A DNA stretch of 64,000 nucleotides from Sulfitobacter sp. (GTDB lineage: Bacteria > Pseudomonadota > Alphaproteobacteria > Rhodobacterales > Rhodobacteraceae), in contig JBDWQI010000157.1 of assembly GCA_039986635.1 (NCBI GenBank), forward strand, positions 321,609-385,608. The letters are read 5' to 3'. Made by a program: the position numbers and the translations under genes. Positions 29,605 to 40,023 of this stretch are shown piece after piece (position 1 is the stretch's first letter; each line of letters begins with the position of its first letter). Under the pieces are notes generated by a model that had not been told where the DNA came from, did not search any database, and saw nothing but the letters and a program-made list of their open reading frames with translations.

Positions 29605-31005
29605 GTGCGTGATGAAACAGACCGGTTGACCCCTGAAATACAGGACGATGAAAGCCAAGCCTACAAGCTTGAACCCCAGAAGGTCGCTGCTGTCCTCTAT
29701 GCTGTTGACATTGATGATCGTGAAAAGCTGACCGAATTGATGGAGCCGCTGCATGCGGCGGATATTGCGGACCTTCTGGAACAGATCAACGCCTTTGATC
29801 GCAGCCGTTTGGTGCGCCTGTATGACCGTGCATTTGACGGTGAAATCCTGTCTGAGCTGGACGAATCGATCCGCGAAGAAGTCATTGCGGTCCTGACGCC
29901 ACAGGTATTGAGTCAGGCAGTGCGCGAGCTGGACAGCGATGATGTGGTCGACTTGATCGAAGACCTTGAGGGTGACCAGCAAGAAGCCATTCTTGACGTG
30001 CTTGAGGATGCGGACCGCGAGGCGATTGAACAGGCGCTCACATGGCCTGAATATTCCGCAGGCCGTTTAATGCAGCGCGAAGTGGTGATGGCGCCGGAAC
30101 ATTGGACCGTTGGACAGGCAATCGATTCCCTGAGGTCCACACCAGAAGAAGATTTGCCGGATCAATTCTACCATCTGGTCATGGTCGACCCGCGCATGCA
30201 TCCGGTGGGCAATGTCACCTTGGGCAAACTGATGCGATCGCGCCGCGAGACCCGGCTAAAGGATCTGTTGGAGGAAACGTTTCAGATTATTCCTGCAAGC
30301 CGGGATGAAGGGGATGTGGCCTATGCATTCAACCAATATCACTTGATTTCGGCCCCGGTGGTCAACGACGAGGGGCGGCTGATTGGGGTGATCACCATTG
30401 ATGATGCGATGGTTGTATTGGACGAAGAACACGAGGAAGACATCTTGCGATTGGCGGGGGTGGGCGAAAGTTCATTGTCGGACCGGGTGATTGAAACCAC
30501 CAAGCAACGTCTGCCGTGGCTGGCGGTCAATCTGATCACCGCAATTGCGGCTTCAATGGTGATTGCGCAGTTTGAGATGGCGATTGCTCAAATAGTGGCA
30601 TTGGCGGTGTTGATGCCGATTGTGGCGTCGATGGGGGGCAATGCAGGCACACAGAGCCTAACAGTGGCGGTGCGTGCAATCGCAACCAAGGATTTGACCC
30701 GGGCAAATGTCTGGCGGGTGATCCGGCGCGAATGTCTGGTGGGGTTGGTCAATGGCGCGATCTTTGCAGTTGTGATGGGGATCGTTGGCGTGATCTGGTT
30801 TGGATCCCCGGCGTTGGGCTATGTGATTGCGGTCGCGATGGTGGTGAACATGGTTGTTGCGGGTTTTGCAGGCACCGGAATTCCGATTGTTTTAGAACGG
30901 CTTGGGGTAGACCCGGCCTTGGCCTCGGGGGCATTTGTGACCACGGTCACGGATGTTGTGGGGTTCTTTGCCTTTTTGGGGCTGGCCGCGATGGTGTTGT
31001 TATGA
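29605..31005 (+). CDS. mgtE: Magnesium transporter MgtE
   Basis: LHAADIADLLE, CBS pair, RLPWL.VN, MPIVASMGGNAGTQ, DPALASG.FVTT.TD; GTG start after GGAGG. Confidence 0.95.
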   Translation: MRDETDRLTPEIQDDESQAYKLEPQKVAAVLYAVDIDDREKLTELMEPLHAADIADLLEQINAFDRSRLVRLYDRAFDGEILSELDESIREEVIAVLTPQVLSQAVRELDSDDVVDLIEDLEGDQQEAILDVLEDADREAIEQALTWPEYSAGRLMQREVVMAPEHWTVGQAIDSLRSTPEEDLPDQFYHLVMVDPRMHPVGNVTLGKLMRSRRETRLKDLLEETFQIIPASRDEGDVAYAFNQYHLISAPVVNDEGRLIGVITIDDAMVVLDEEHEEDILRLAGVGESSLSDRVIETTKQRLPWLAVNLITAIAASMVIAQFEMAIAQIVALAVLMPIVASMGGNAGTQSLTVAVRAIATKDLTRANVWRVIRRECLVGLVNGAIFAVVMGIVGVIWFGSPALGYVIAVAMVVNMVVAGFAGTGIPIVLERLGVDPALASGAFVTTVTDVVGFFAFLGLAAMVLL

Positions 31006-31574
31006 CCGATTTGACCAATGAAAAAGCAGCAGCGCGCAAGGCCGCGTTTGCCCGCCGCAAGCCTTTGTTTGAAAATGCTAATGCCGCTCAGGCAGGCTAT
31101 CTGAGCGAGGTCTTGGCGGGTTATCGCGGTGTGCCTGTTTCGGGGTTTATGCCGATCCGTACTGAGATCGATCCGCGCCCCGCCATGGCAGAGGCATCCG
31201 CCCATGGTTCTGTGGGGGTGCCTGTGATTATGGCCGCAGACACGCCTTTGAAATTTGCCCTTTGGACACCGGACACAGAGATGGTCGCAGGTGCATTTGG
31301 CGCATCCATCCCGCAAACGCCTGAGTTTTTCGAACCGGAGATTGTGATTGTGCCCTTGCTGACCTTTGACAGACAGGGCGGCAGGTTGGGGTATGGCGGT
31401 GGGTTTTATGACCGCACGCTTGAGATGTTGCGGGCCAAGCGACCAACCTTGGCCATTGGTTTTGCCTTTGCCGGACAACAAAGCGACGATGTGCCCCTGG
31501 AGGCGACGGATCAACCGCTTGACCTGATTGTGACGGAAAACGGTGTGATAGATGTGGTGCCGCCCCGATCATAA
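31002..31574 (+). CDS. 5-formyltetrahydrofolate cyclo-ligase
   Basis: EIDP, IVPLLTFD..G.RLGYGGGFYDR, DQPLD.IVTE. Confidence 0.93.
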   Translation: MTDLTNEKAAARKAAFARRKPLFENANAAQAGYLSEVLAGYRGVPVSGFMPIRTEIDPRPAMAEASAHGSVGVPVIMAADTPLKFALWTPDTEMVAGAFGASIPQTPEFFEPEIVIVPLLTFDRQGGRLGYGGGFYDRTLEMLRAKRPTLAIGFAFAGQQSDDVPLEATDQPLDLIVTENGVIDVVPPRS

Positions 31575-31592
31575 ACCGGGGCGGCTTTTGTC

Positions 31593-32123
31593 TTAGTGGT
31601 GCGCGTGAGCTGGATCGCTCAACACAAGGCCCGGTGCGGGATCCTCCAGGTCATGGGGGTCTTGCCCCTTGGCGGGGATATTGATCCATTCTGATGTTCC
31701 ATCTGCACAGGTCTGCACCGTGGGAAAGTAGAGGGACTCACCCGGTGTCAATGTATCCGACAACGTGCCGCGAAAGACGAACTCGTCATAATGCGTGTCT
31801 TTAAGAGAACCTGTCCAGATGATCTGCTGCACCCCTTCGGTCAGGGTGTTGCCATAATACTCATAGGAGCGGGCATAAGCGCCGCTTTGTGTGTCAAGTG
31901 CCCAGCCCGGCTTGGGCATGGGTTTGACCGAAATCATCCCTTCAGGAATTTGGATCGCAACGCTCAGCGTGGCCTGACCGTCGCAGCCATGCCCGATGCG
32001 CATCACCCCTTTATAGGTGCTGCCAACAGCGGCTGATTGGACCTCAAGCGTCGCATGTGACGTTGCCATTGTGGCGCTGAAAAGAGTGAGAAGGAGGGCT
32101 GAACTTATTGATTTAGTGAACAT
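31593..32123 (-). CDS. YcnI/DUF1775 copper-binding protein
   Basis: Signal peptide then H-A-T-L-E, HGCDG, VKPMPKPGW, W.G......YDEF, FPTVQTC, W; ends PAHAHH. Confidence 0.85.
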   Translation of the reverse strand: MFTKSISSALLLTLFSATMATSHATLEVQSAAVGSTYKGVMRIGHGCDGQATLSVAIQIPEGMISVKPMPKPGWALDTQSGAYARSYEYYGNTLTEGVQQIIWTGSLKDTHYDEFVFRGTLSDTLTPGESLYFPTVQTCADGTSEWINIPAKGQDPHDLEDPAPGLVLSDPAHAHH

Positions 32124-32234
32124 ATTTTGTCCTTTGATACCTTGAATGACACGCGGCGATGCATCAAGGCCCCAAAGATGAGGCGGTGCTTGATGGCGCG
32201 TGAAAATAGCGGATATAGGGTTTGGTGCCGAGAC

Positions 32235-32594
32235 CTAGGACAAGGGGGGCGCACGCCCCGGCGGACGCAAGCGCTGTACTGCGGTAACCGGCACCGGGCG
32301 TGCTTTGAGCGACTGGGTGCGGTCAATGTTTCGCGCGATGCGATGCCATTGTGGAATGCTTGCCGGAGTGATCATATCGGCATGGGCCATGAGGCAGGGC
32401 GCGGTTTCGGTAGGGTCTTCTTTGATTGGCGATCCATTTGCATCCATGCGCAGCGTGATCAGCCCGGTTGGCGTACAAATAGTCATGGTTGTGCCATAGG
32501 TCGGCAAAATCAACGCCAAAGCGGCGGAGGCCTTTGGCAAGACGATGCCAAGGACCAGCAAGACAACAAGCAATGATCGAAACAGGACCCGCAT
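32235..32594 (-). CDS. DUF2946-like exported small protein with C-terminal RAPP motif (candidate regulatory leader)
   Basis: Hydrophobic N-terminus, TICTPTG, PCLMAH, ends PPGRAPPLS; directly upstream of the YcnI gene. Confidence 0.7.
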   Translation of the reverse strand: MRVLFRSLLVVLLVLGIVLPKASAALALILPTYGTTMTICTPTGLITLRMDANGSPIKEDPTETAPCLMAHADMITPASIPQWHRIARNIDRTQSLKARPVPVTAVQRLRPPGRAPPLS

Positions 32595-32700
32595 GGCAAT
32601 GACCTATCCGCCGCTCTGACCCCCTTCAAGACCTAATGGCAGCTTTGAGGTGCGACAAAACGCTTGCCGCTGGGCGGGCAGGCGCATAGGTCTGACGGCT

Positions 32701-33513
32701 ATGAAAATACTCTTTCTTGGTGATGTGATGGGCCGCGCCGGGCGCCGCGCCATTACCGAAAATCTGCCCCGTTTGCGGGATGCGTGGAAACTTGATTTCG
32801 TGGTGGTGAATGGTGAAAACGCCACCAGCGGGATGGGGCTGTCAGGCAGCCATGCGCAGACATTACTGGATGCGGGTGCCGATTGCCTGACCCTGGGGGA
32901 TCATGCGTTTGATCAAAAGGACATGTTGAAGTTCATCGAACAGGAACCGCGCATCGTACGGCCGCTGAATTTCTCCAAGACGGCACCGGGCAAGGGCGCG
33001 CGGCTGTTTACCTCCAAAAATGGGCGCAAGGTGTTGGTCACGCAGGCGTTGGGCCAAGTGTTTATGAAACGCCCCTATGACGACCCGTTCTCCGCTTTGG
33101 ATCAGGTGCTTAAGACGCATCCATTGGGGGGGATGGCATCGGCCATCATTGTTGACATCCATTGCGAGGCCACATCAGAAAAGATGGCAACCGGGCATTG
33201 GTGTGACGGGCGCGCGTCATTGGTGGTGGGCACGCATACCCATGTGCCAACAGCGGATGCGATGATCCTACCGGGGGGCACTGCTTATCTAAGTGATGCG
33301 GGCATGTGCGGTGATTACAATTCGGTCATTGGTATGGAGAAAACAGAACCTTTACGGCGGTTCATCACGGGCATGCCCAAGGAACGGTTTACGCCTGCCA
33401 ATGGCGAGGCCACCTTGTCGGGCGTCTATATCGAAACGGATGACAGGACCGGCCGCGCCACCCGTGTGGTGCCGATCCGCGAGGGCGGCTTGTTACCCCA
33501 AAGCGCACCGTGA
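32701..33513 (+). CDS. YmdB-like metallophosphoesterase (TIGR00282)
   Basis: LFLGDVMG, NGENA, TLGDH, DIHCEATSEK, GTHTHV, GMCGDY. Confidence 0.92.
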   Translation: MKILFLGDVMGRAGRRAITENLPRLRDAWKLDFVVVNGENATSGMGLSGSHAQTLLDAGADCLTLGDHAFDQKDMLKFIEQEPRIVRPLNFSKTAPGKGARLFTSKNGRKVLVTQALGQVFMKRPYDDPFSALDQVLKTHPLGGMASAIIVDIHCEATSEKMATGHWCDGRASLVVGTHTHVPTADAMILPGGTAYLSDAGMCGDYNSVIGMEKTEPLRRFITGMPKERFTPANGEATLSGVYIETDDRTGRATRVVPIREGGLLPQSAP

Positions 33514-34427
33514 CACGTAAAGAAATAGCGTTCTATTCCTGTTGTCTGGTGTTGATGGGCGCGGGATGGGGGGCGACGCAACCGATGACCAAAATTGCCG
33601 TCAGCACCGGATATCAGCCATTTGGGCTGTTGTTTTGGCAGATGGTGATCGGGGCGGTGTTGATGGGGGGGATTTGTTTTGTCAAACGCCTGCCTATGAT
33701 ACTGAACGCCCGGGCGCTGCGGTTGTATCTGATCCTTGCGATGATTGGGGCGGTGTTGCCCAACACGATTTCCTATCAGGTGGCTGTGCATTTGCCTGCG
33801 GGCGTTATGTCATTGCTCTTAAGCGTTATTCCTATGTTCGCTTTTGCCATTGCGCTGGCGCTGGGCAACGAAGGATTTCATTGGCGCCGGGTCATGGGGC
33901 TTGGATTTGGGTTGATCGGGGTGTTGATTATCATTCTGCCGTCGGTGGATTTGGGGCAGGAAATTCCGATCTTCTGGGCGGGGCTCTATTTGGTCACTGC
34001 GATGTTTTATGCATTTGAAGGCAACTACATCGCAAAATGGGGAACCGAAGGGTTGGGCCCGTTTCAGGTGATGCTGGGGGCGTCGCTGGTTGGAGGCGTG
34101 CTGGTTCTGCCGCTGATGTGGGGCACGGGGCAAGGGATAACGCCCCAGTGGCCTTTGCCGTTGCCGCAATTGGCGCAGATTGGTGCCTGTGTGATCCATG
34201 TGTTTGTCTATGCAGCCTATGTCTGGCTGGCGGGGCGGGCAGGGGCGGTGTTCACGGTGCAGGTCAGCTATTTTGTCACCGGGTTTGGATTGATCTGGGC
34301 CGGTTTGATGCTGGGTGAAGCTTATGCGGCATCTATTTGGGTGGCATTGGCGACAATGTTTGTGGGTATGTATCTGGTGCAACCCCGACCCAAGCTTGCG
34401 GGCGACGCGGCAATGGGCGACACTTAG
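33510..34427 (+). CDS. DMT/EamA transporter
   Basis: About ten TM helices; two EamA repeats. Confidence 0.85.
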   Translation: MTRKEIAFYSCCLVLMGAGWGATQPMTKIAVSTGYQPFGLLFWQMVIGAVLMGGICFVKRLPMILNARALRLYLILAMIGAVLPNTISYQVAVHLPAGVMSLLLSVIPMFAFAIALALGNEGFHWRRVMGLGFGLIGVLIIILPSVDLGQEIPIFWAGLYLVTAMFYAFEGNYIAKWGTEGLGPFQVMLGASLVGGVLVLPLMWGTGQGITPQWPLPLPQLAQIGACVIHVFVYAAYVWLAGRAGAVFTVQVSYFVTGFGLIWAGLMLGEAYAASIWVALATMFVGMYLVQPRPKLAGDAAMGDT

Positions 34428-34463
34428 AGTTCAACCCGTTCTTCTGGCGCAAAGTTGGTGTGC

Positions 34464-36236
34464 ATGGATTTCTTACCTCTTTCAGACACAGGGATGGCCA
34501 TATTCGCGCTGTCTGTTGTTGTTGTGATGTTCATCCTTTTCCTGCGCGAATATTTTCCGACCGAAGTGGTCGCATTGGCGGGGGCTGCGACGTTGTTGGC
34601 AACGGGCGTGTTGCCCTATGAAGATGCGCGGCTTGTATTGTCAAATTCGGCCCCATGGACGATTGCTGCGATGTTCATTGTGATGGGGGCTTTGGTGCGC
34701 ACCGGTGCATTGGATGTTTTGACGCAGATGGCCGAACGCTACGCGCGTACCAATCCTAAAATGGCGGTGATAGGCGTGATCCTGTCTGTGATGGGGGCAT
34801 CAGCGATCATGAATAATACGCCGGTGGTTGTTGTGATGATCCCGGTGGTGGTGCAATTAAGCAAGACCCTGGGAACAAAGGCGTCCAAGTTGCTGATCCC
34901 TTTGAGTTATGCCGCGATCATGGGCGGATCTTTGACGTTGATTGGGACTTCGACAAATTTGTTGGTGGACGGCGTGGCGCGTGCGCAGGGCATGGCGCCT
35001 TTTGGGATTTTCGAGATTTTGCCAATTGGATTGGTCGTCTGCGCCTGGGGGCTGACCTATATGGCGGTGTTTGGCCGCAAGCTGCTGCCGGATCGCGACA
35101 GTATGGCAACGATGTTGTCGGATCGATCCAAAATGAAGTTTTTCAGTGAGGCGGTGATCCCCCCGGAAAGCAATCTGATTGGTCGTGAAGTTCTGGATGT
35201 GAAGCTTTTTAAACGGGAGGGGGTGCGGCTCATCGACGTGATCCGGGGGGATCAGTCTCTTCGCAGGGAATTGCGGGACGTGGTTTTGCAGATCGGCGAC
35301 CGGGTGGTGTTGCGCACTGAGATGACGGAGCTTCTGAGCTTGCAGGCGACCAAAGAATTGAAACGCGTGGATCAATTGTCTGCGGTTGAAACCACAACCG
35401 TGGAGGTGTTGATCACACCGGGATGTCGGATGGTGGGGCGGACATTGGGGGCGATGCGCTTGCGGCGACGTTATGGGGTTTATCCGCTGGCGGTGCATCG
35501 GCGCAATCAGAACATCGGCCTGCAGTTGGATGAACTGAGTGTCAAAGTGGGGGATACCTTGCTGCTGGAGGGGGCTGCGGAAGACATTGCGCGGCTGGCT
35601 GCAGATATGGATATGGTTGATGTCAGCCACCCGTCTGCGCGCGCGTATCGACGTGGTCATGCGCCCATCGCAATTGCAGCGTTGGCGGGCATTGTTGTGC
35701 TGGCGGCGCTGAATGTCGCGCCGATTTTGCTGTTGGCGGTAATTGCTGTTGCTTTGGTGCTGGTCACCGGCTGTATCGACGCGGATGAGGCGTTTTCATT
35801 TGTGGATGGGCGGTTGTTGGCATTGATCTTTTCGATGTTGGCGGTTGGGGCGGGATTGCAAAACGCTGGATCCATTACGCTTTTGGTGGATGCAATCGCG
35901 CCGACGCTTGGGCGTTTGCCGCCGAGCTTGGTGATCTTCTGTGTGTTTTTGCTGACCACGGTTTTGACTGAAATTGTGTCGAATAATGCGGTGGCAGTGA
36001 TCATGACGCCAATTGCGATTTCTTTGGCTGCGGCTTTGGGGATGGATGCGCGGCCATTGGTGGTGGCGGTGATGATTGCGGCGTCCTGCGCGTTTGCAAC
36101 GCCGATTGGATATCAGACCAATACCTTGGTGTATGGGCCGGGAGGGTATCGGTTTACGGATTTCCTGCGGGTTGGGGCCCCCTTGAACCTGAGCATGTCC
36201 TTGTTGGCCTCAGCGGTTATTCCGCTGATCTGGTGA
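34464..36236 (+). CDS. SLC13/CitMHS-like permease with TrkA-C domains
   Basis: MNNTPVV, LIGTSTNLLV, TrkA-C repeats, VSNNA, FATPIGYQTN. Confidence 0.88.
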   Translation: MDFLPLSDTGMAIFALSVVVVMFILFLREYFPTEVVALAGAATLLATGVLPYEDARLVLSNSAPWTIAAMFIVMGALVRTGALDVLTQMAERYARTNPKMAVIGVILSVMGASAIMNNTPVVVVMIPVVVQLSKTLGTKASKLLIPLSYAAIMGGSLTLIGTSTNLLVDGVARAQGMAPFGIFEILPIGLVVCAWGLTYMAVFGRKLLPDRDSMATMLSDRSKMKFFSEAVIPPESNLIGREVLDVKLFKREGVRLIDVIRGDQSLRRELRDVVLQIGDRVVLRTEMTELLSLQATKELKRVDQLSAVETTTVEVLITPGCRMVGRTLGAMRLRRRYGVYPLAVHRRNQNIGLQLDELSVKVGDTLLLEGAAEDIARLAADMDMVDVSHPSARAYRRGHAPIAIAALAGIVVLAALNVAPILLLAVIAVALVLVTGCIDADEAFSFVDGRLLALIFSMLAVGAGLQNAGSITLLVDAIAPTLGRLPPSLVIFCVFLLTTVLTEIVSNNAVAVIMTPIAISLAAALGMDARPLVVAVMIAASCAFATPIGYQTNTLVYGPGGYRFTDFLRVGAPLNLSMSLLASAVIPLIW

Positions 36237-36347
36237 ACCGGTCCAGCGCTGGTGTGTGTGGATAGGTTGGATCGGTATATAAGGCCAAAAAGAGGGGCGG
36301 GATGGTGATTGGCGGCTATGGGGGCTTTGCGCTGCGGGCGTTTGGTA

Positions 36348-38120
36348 TCAGAGAGGCCAAAATAGCAAAATGGCCGGTATGGAAACAGCAACAACGATGA
36401 TTTCCAGCGGCAGGCCCATGCGCCAATAATCGCCAAAGCTGTAGCCGCCGGGACCCAGGATGAGCGTATTGTTCTTGTGTCCGATGGGCGTCAGGAAGGC
36501 CGATGATGCAGCAACCGCAACAGCCATCAAAAAGGGATCGGGTGAGACGTCAAGCGATTGTGCCATCTGGATGCCAACGGGGGCGGCGACGATGGTTGTG
36601 GCCGTATTGTTGAGCACATCGGAGAGGGTCATTGTGACAACCATCAAAACGGTCAGGACAATCCAAGGGGCCATGCCTTGGGTCAGGCCGACAAGTGCGC
36701 CTGCGATCAATTCTGTCCCGCCCGAGGTTTCAAGGGCCGCGCCAAGAGGGATCATTGAGCCCAGCAACACAACAACGGGCCATTCGATGTGGGTATAGAG
36801 TTCGGCGAGGGGGACGATTTTTGCAAGCACATAGGCGATCACGACAAGGCCCAAAGCAACCGGCAGATAAATCAGGCCGACGCTGGCGGCCAGGACTGCC
36901 GCGCCAAACAGGCCAATTGCGAGCCAGACTTTGGCGTTTTCGGTCACCGCAAGGCCACGGTCTGCCAAGGGGAGGACGCCGAGCCATTCGGTGACGTCAG
37001 AGGCCGAGTCGCGCGGAACCAGCAGCAGCAAAATATCGCCTGCTTTCAATTCAGTGCCGCGCAAACGTGAGGTGATCTTGCGCCCTTGTCGAGAGATTCC
37101 CAGCAATACGGTGCGCTGACGCCAAGCAAGGCCAACAGCCTGAGCGGTGCGGCCATGCAGGCGGGAGGTTTCTGTGACAACAACTTCTATGATCTCAACG
37201 CCTTCGCCGCCTGCTTTGAGGCGCTCTTCGCGGGCGGTATCCGCCAAAGCGAGGTCCAATGTGCTGCGAAATTCGTCAAGCGCGTCAGGGGTGGCTTCGA
37301 GGACCAGCGCATCACCTGCTTTGAGCGTCACACTGCGGGACAGACCATAGCGGCGTTTGCCGTCACGCATCAGGCCAAGGATCGCGACATCGGATTTGTC
37401 CGCCTCCTCAAACAGTTCGGAGAGCCGTTTGCCGATGTGTTTGCTGTTTTCGGGCACCACCAGTTCGGCAATATACTCTGAGATATCTTCGCTGCTAAGC
37501 GCGGTATCATCGCGCGCCGGGATCAGGCGCCAGCCGATCAGGGCCACAAAGGTGAGGCCTGCGATGGCCGCGACCCCCCCGACAGGGGCAAAATCGAACA
37601 TGCGAAAAGGTTCGCCAAGGCTTTCTTGTCGGATGGAGGCGATGATGATGTTAGGGGGCGTTCCAATCAGCGTGACCATGCCGCCCAAAATCGTGCAAAA
37701 GCTCAGGGGCATGAGGCTGAGGCCGGGTTGGCGGCCTGCTTTGCGTGCTGTTTGGATGTCGACGGGCATCAGCAGGGCCAGCGCTGCGACATTGTTCATA
37801 AAGGCAGACAGGATGCCGCCAACTGCGCCCATCAGCGTGATATGCGCGCCCAAGCTGCGTGAGGCGTCCACTAGGGTTCGGGTGATCAATAATACCGCCC
37901 CCGAGCGCACCAAACCGGCCGAGACCACCAGCACCAGTGCCACCACCAGCGTGGCGGGATGGCCAAAACCGGAAAACGCGTCCTTTGTTGGAACGACCCC
38001 CAGAACAACGCCGATCATCAGTGCGGAAAAGGCAACGATATCATAACGAAAACGACCCCAAAGCAGCAGCCCGAAGACGGCCCCAAAGAGGGAAAACAGG
38101 ATGATCTGGTCTTGGGTCAC
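36348..38120 (-). CDS. SLC13/CitMHS-like permease with TrkA-C domains (second paralogue)
   Basis: FMNNV, TLIGTPPNIII, LNNTAT, FLTPIGHKNN. Confidence 0.88.
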   Translation of the reverse strand: MTQDQIILFSLFGAVFGLLLWGRFRYDIVAFSALMIGVVLGVVPTKDAFSGFGHPATLVVALVLVVSAGLVRSGAVLLITRTLVDASRSLGAHITLMGAVGGILSAFMNNVAALALLMPVDIQTARKAGRQPGLSLMPLSFCTILGGMVTLIGTPPNIIIASIRQESLGEPFRMFDFAPVGGVAAIAGLTFVALIGWRLIPARDDTALSSEDISEYIAELVVPENSKHIGKRLSELFEEADKSDVAILGLMRDGKRRYGLSRSVTLKAGDALVLEATPDALDEFRSTLDLALADTAREERLKAGGEGVEIIEVVVTETSRLHGRTAQAVGLAWRQRTVLLGISRQGRKITSRLRGTELKAGDILLLLVPRDSASDVTEWLGVLPLADRGLAVTENAKVWLAIGLFGAAVLAASVGLIYLPVALGLVVIAYVLAKIVPLAELYTHIEWPVVVLLGSMIPLGAALETSGGTELIAGALVGLTQGMAPWIVLTVLMVVTMTLSDVLNNTATTIVAAPVGIQMAQSLDVSPDPFLMAVAVAASSAFLTPIGHKNNTLILGPGGYSFGDYWRMGLPLEIIVVAVSIPAILLFWPL

Positions 38121-38225
38121 GTGGTCTGCTCCGATGTTTTGAGCAGATTAGGGGTATCGGGAGGTGATGTCATGCCCCCGTTTTTCGCAACACGCGCTGA
38201 GCTGTGTGTGAGCGGGCTTATGCGC

Positions 38226-38693
38226 TCAGACTCGCAATGCGCTGGCCATAAAACACCCCAGTTTGGCGTTGTGGATGTGCACATATCGGACTGCGGGATC
38301 TTCGAAGAATTGGGTCAACCTGTCAGCAAGCGAGGTGCCGTTGACGACATCAGCTTTGCAAATTTCATCCTGTGCATCAAATCCGCGCACTGACGCCAGC
38401 CGCCCTTTGAACATATCGGGGACCTCATTGGGGGCAGGGGTGGCCATTGGGACGTTCTTGCGAATGTAGATGGCGTGGTTTGCCTGAAACGGCGATGCTG
38501 CAGGTTGATGGGTGTAATTGGTGAGAATGATCTCTTCTCCAAGGGCGGCGTCTTGCAGGCTGATGCGGCAAGGATAGCACGGATTGGCGTCGACGCTCAC
38601 GCGCCGAGCGTTGTGGGCCGCAAGCGTTGCGTTGTCCATGTCGAACAGCGCCGCGAAAGGTTTTGGATCAAGGGCTTGGATTTGAAAGGTCAT
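38226..38693 (-). CDS. DUF1203 protein
   Basis: YPCRISLQDA..GE, SPFQA..AIY, YVHIHNA..GCF. Confidence 0.78.
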   Translation of the reverse strand: MTFQIQALDPKPFAALFDMDNATLAAHNARRVSVDANPCYPCRISLQDAALGEEIILTNYTHQPAASPFQANHAIYIRKNVPMATPAPNEVPDMFKGRLASVRGFDAQDEICKADVVNGTSLADRLTQFFEDPAVRYVHIHNAKLGCFMASALRV

Positions 38694-38850
38694 GATATGG
38701 GTCCTGCGTTGGTGGTATGATGTGTCGTAACGGGAGCATGCGGGCATGCGCGATCCGGATCATGCGCAATTAGCAGCCGGGGTGGGATTGCGCTGTGCCT
38801 GTTCACTGACATATAGAACGCTGGACCAAAGCATCTTTCAGGAGGCAGAC

Positions 38851-39603
38851 ATGGCCGGCCACTCCAAATGGGCAAATATCCAGCACCGCAAAGGGCGTCA
38901 GGACAAAATCCGCGCCAAATTGTTTTCGAAATTCAGCAAGGAAATCACGGTTGCGGCCAAGATGGGGGATCCTGACCCTGACAAAAACCCGCGTTTGCGT
39001 TTGGCGGTAAAGGAAGCCAAGGCGGCTTCGATGCCCAAAGATAACATCGACCGTGCGATCAAAAAGTCGGTCGCAGGGGAGGGGGATGATTACGAAGAAA
39101 TCCGCTATGAAGGTTATGGCCCCAACGGCGTTGCGGTGATTGTTGAGACAATGACCGACAACCGCAACCGCACGGCCTCTACTGTCCGGTCTACCTTTAC
39201 CAAGAATGGTGGGAACTTGGGTGAGACAGGCAGCGTTGGGTTTATGTTTGATCGCAAAGGTGAAGTGACCTATCCGGCTGAGGTAGGGGATGCGGATACG
39301 GTGATGATGGCAGCCATTGAAGCGGGTGCCGAAGATGTCGAAAGCGCCGAAGAAGGGCATGTAATTTGGTGCGCAGATACGGATCTGAACGATGTCGCCA
39401 CAGCGCTTGAGAGCGATTTGGGCGAAAGCACATCAACGAAACTGGTGTGGAAGCCGACAACCACCACTGAAATGGATTTTGAGAACATGCAAAAGCTGAT
39501 GCGGCTGGTGGATGCGCTTGAAGACGATGATGACGTGCAGCGTGTAACCACAAACTTTGAAGCATCAGATGATGTGATGGAACAGCTGGAAGGCGCGGAT
39601 TAA
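38851..39603 (+). CDS. YebC/PmpR family protein
   Basis: [43 protein letters not shown]. Confidence 0.96.
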   Translation: MAGHSKWANIQHRKGRQDKIRAKLFSKFSKEITVAAKMGDPDPDKNPRLRLAVKEAKAASMPKDNIDRAIKKSVAGEGDDYEEIRYEGYGPNGVAVIVETMTDNRNRTASTVRSTFTKNGGNLGETGSVGFMFDRKGEVTYPAEVGDADTVMMAAIEAGAEDVESAEEGHVIWCADTDLNDVATALESDLGESTSTKLVWKPTTTTEMDFENMQKLMRLVDALEDDDDVQRVTTNFEASDDVMEQLEGAD

Positions 39604-39626
39604 TTCAGGTTTTCTGTGCTGGTACG

Positions 39627-39655
39627 AAAAAGCCGCCCTTAATAAGGGCGGCTTT
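39627..39655. terminator. Bidirectional terminator
   Basis: AAAAAGCCGCCCTT-aat-AAGGGCGGCTTT. Confidence 0.75.
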
Positions 39656-39700
39656 GTGTTTTTTGGGAGGTTCTTGGGAGGTTAGTTAGACGTCGTTGTC

Positions 39701-39946
39701 TCAGCCAAACAGGCGTGTCATTCCAAACCAGCGGTGCGTACGTGGGCAACGGGATTCGTTGGCCGCAACTGGTTTTTGCTCTGCCAAAGTAGACAGGGCT
39801 TGTTTCACAGCATTCAGGCGCGTCAACGCACCATTGCCGCCGGCACTTGCCTGAACATTCAAAATTTGGCTCTGCGTGTGCAAAGCTGCTTCGATTGCTT
39901 CAATTTCTTCTGTGCTGAGAACTAGCTTATTTTGTTTCTCGAACAT
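39701..39946 (-). CDS. Small hypothetical protein
   Basis: MFEKQNKLVLSTEEIEAIEAAL... 81 aa with AAGGA RBS. Confidence 0.55.
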   Translation of the reverse strand: MFEKQNKLVLSTEEIEAIEAALHTQSQILNVQASAGGNGALTRLNAVKQALSTLAEQKPVAANESRCPRTHRWFGMTRLFG

Positions 39947-40023
39947 GGTCGGTTCCTTCAATCTCTGAGGGGTATGTAGGGTCCAACATTGAGATGTTCT
40001 AGAGGGTGCGACAAAGATCACCT

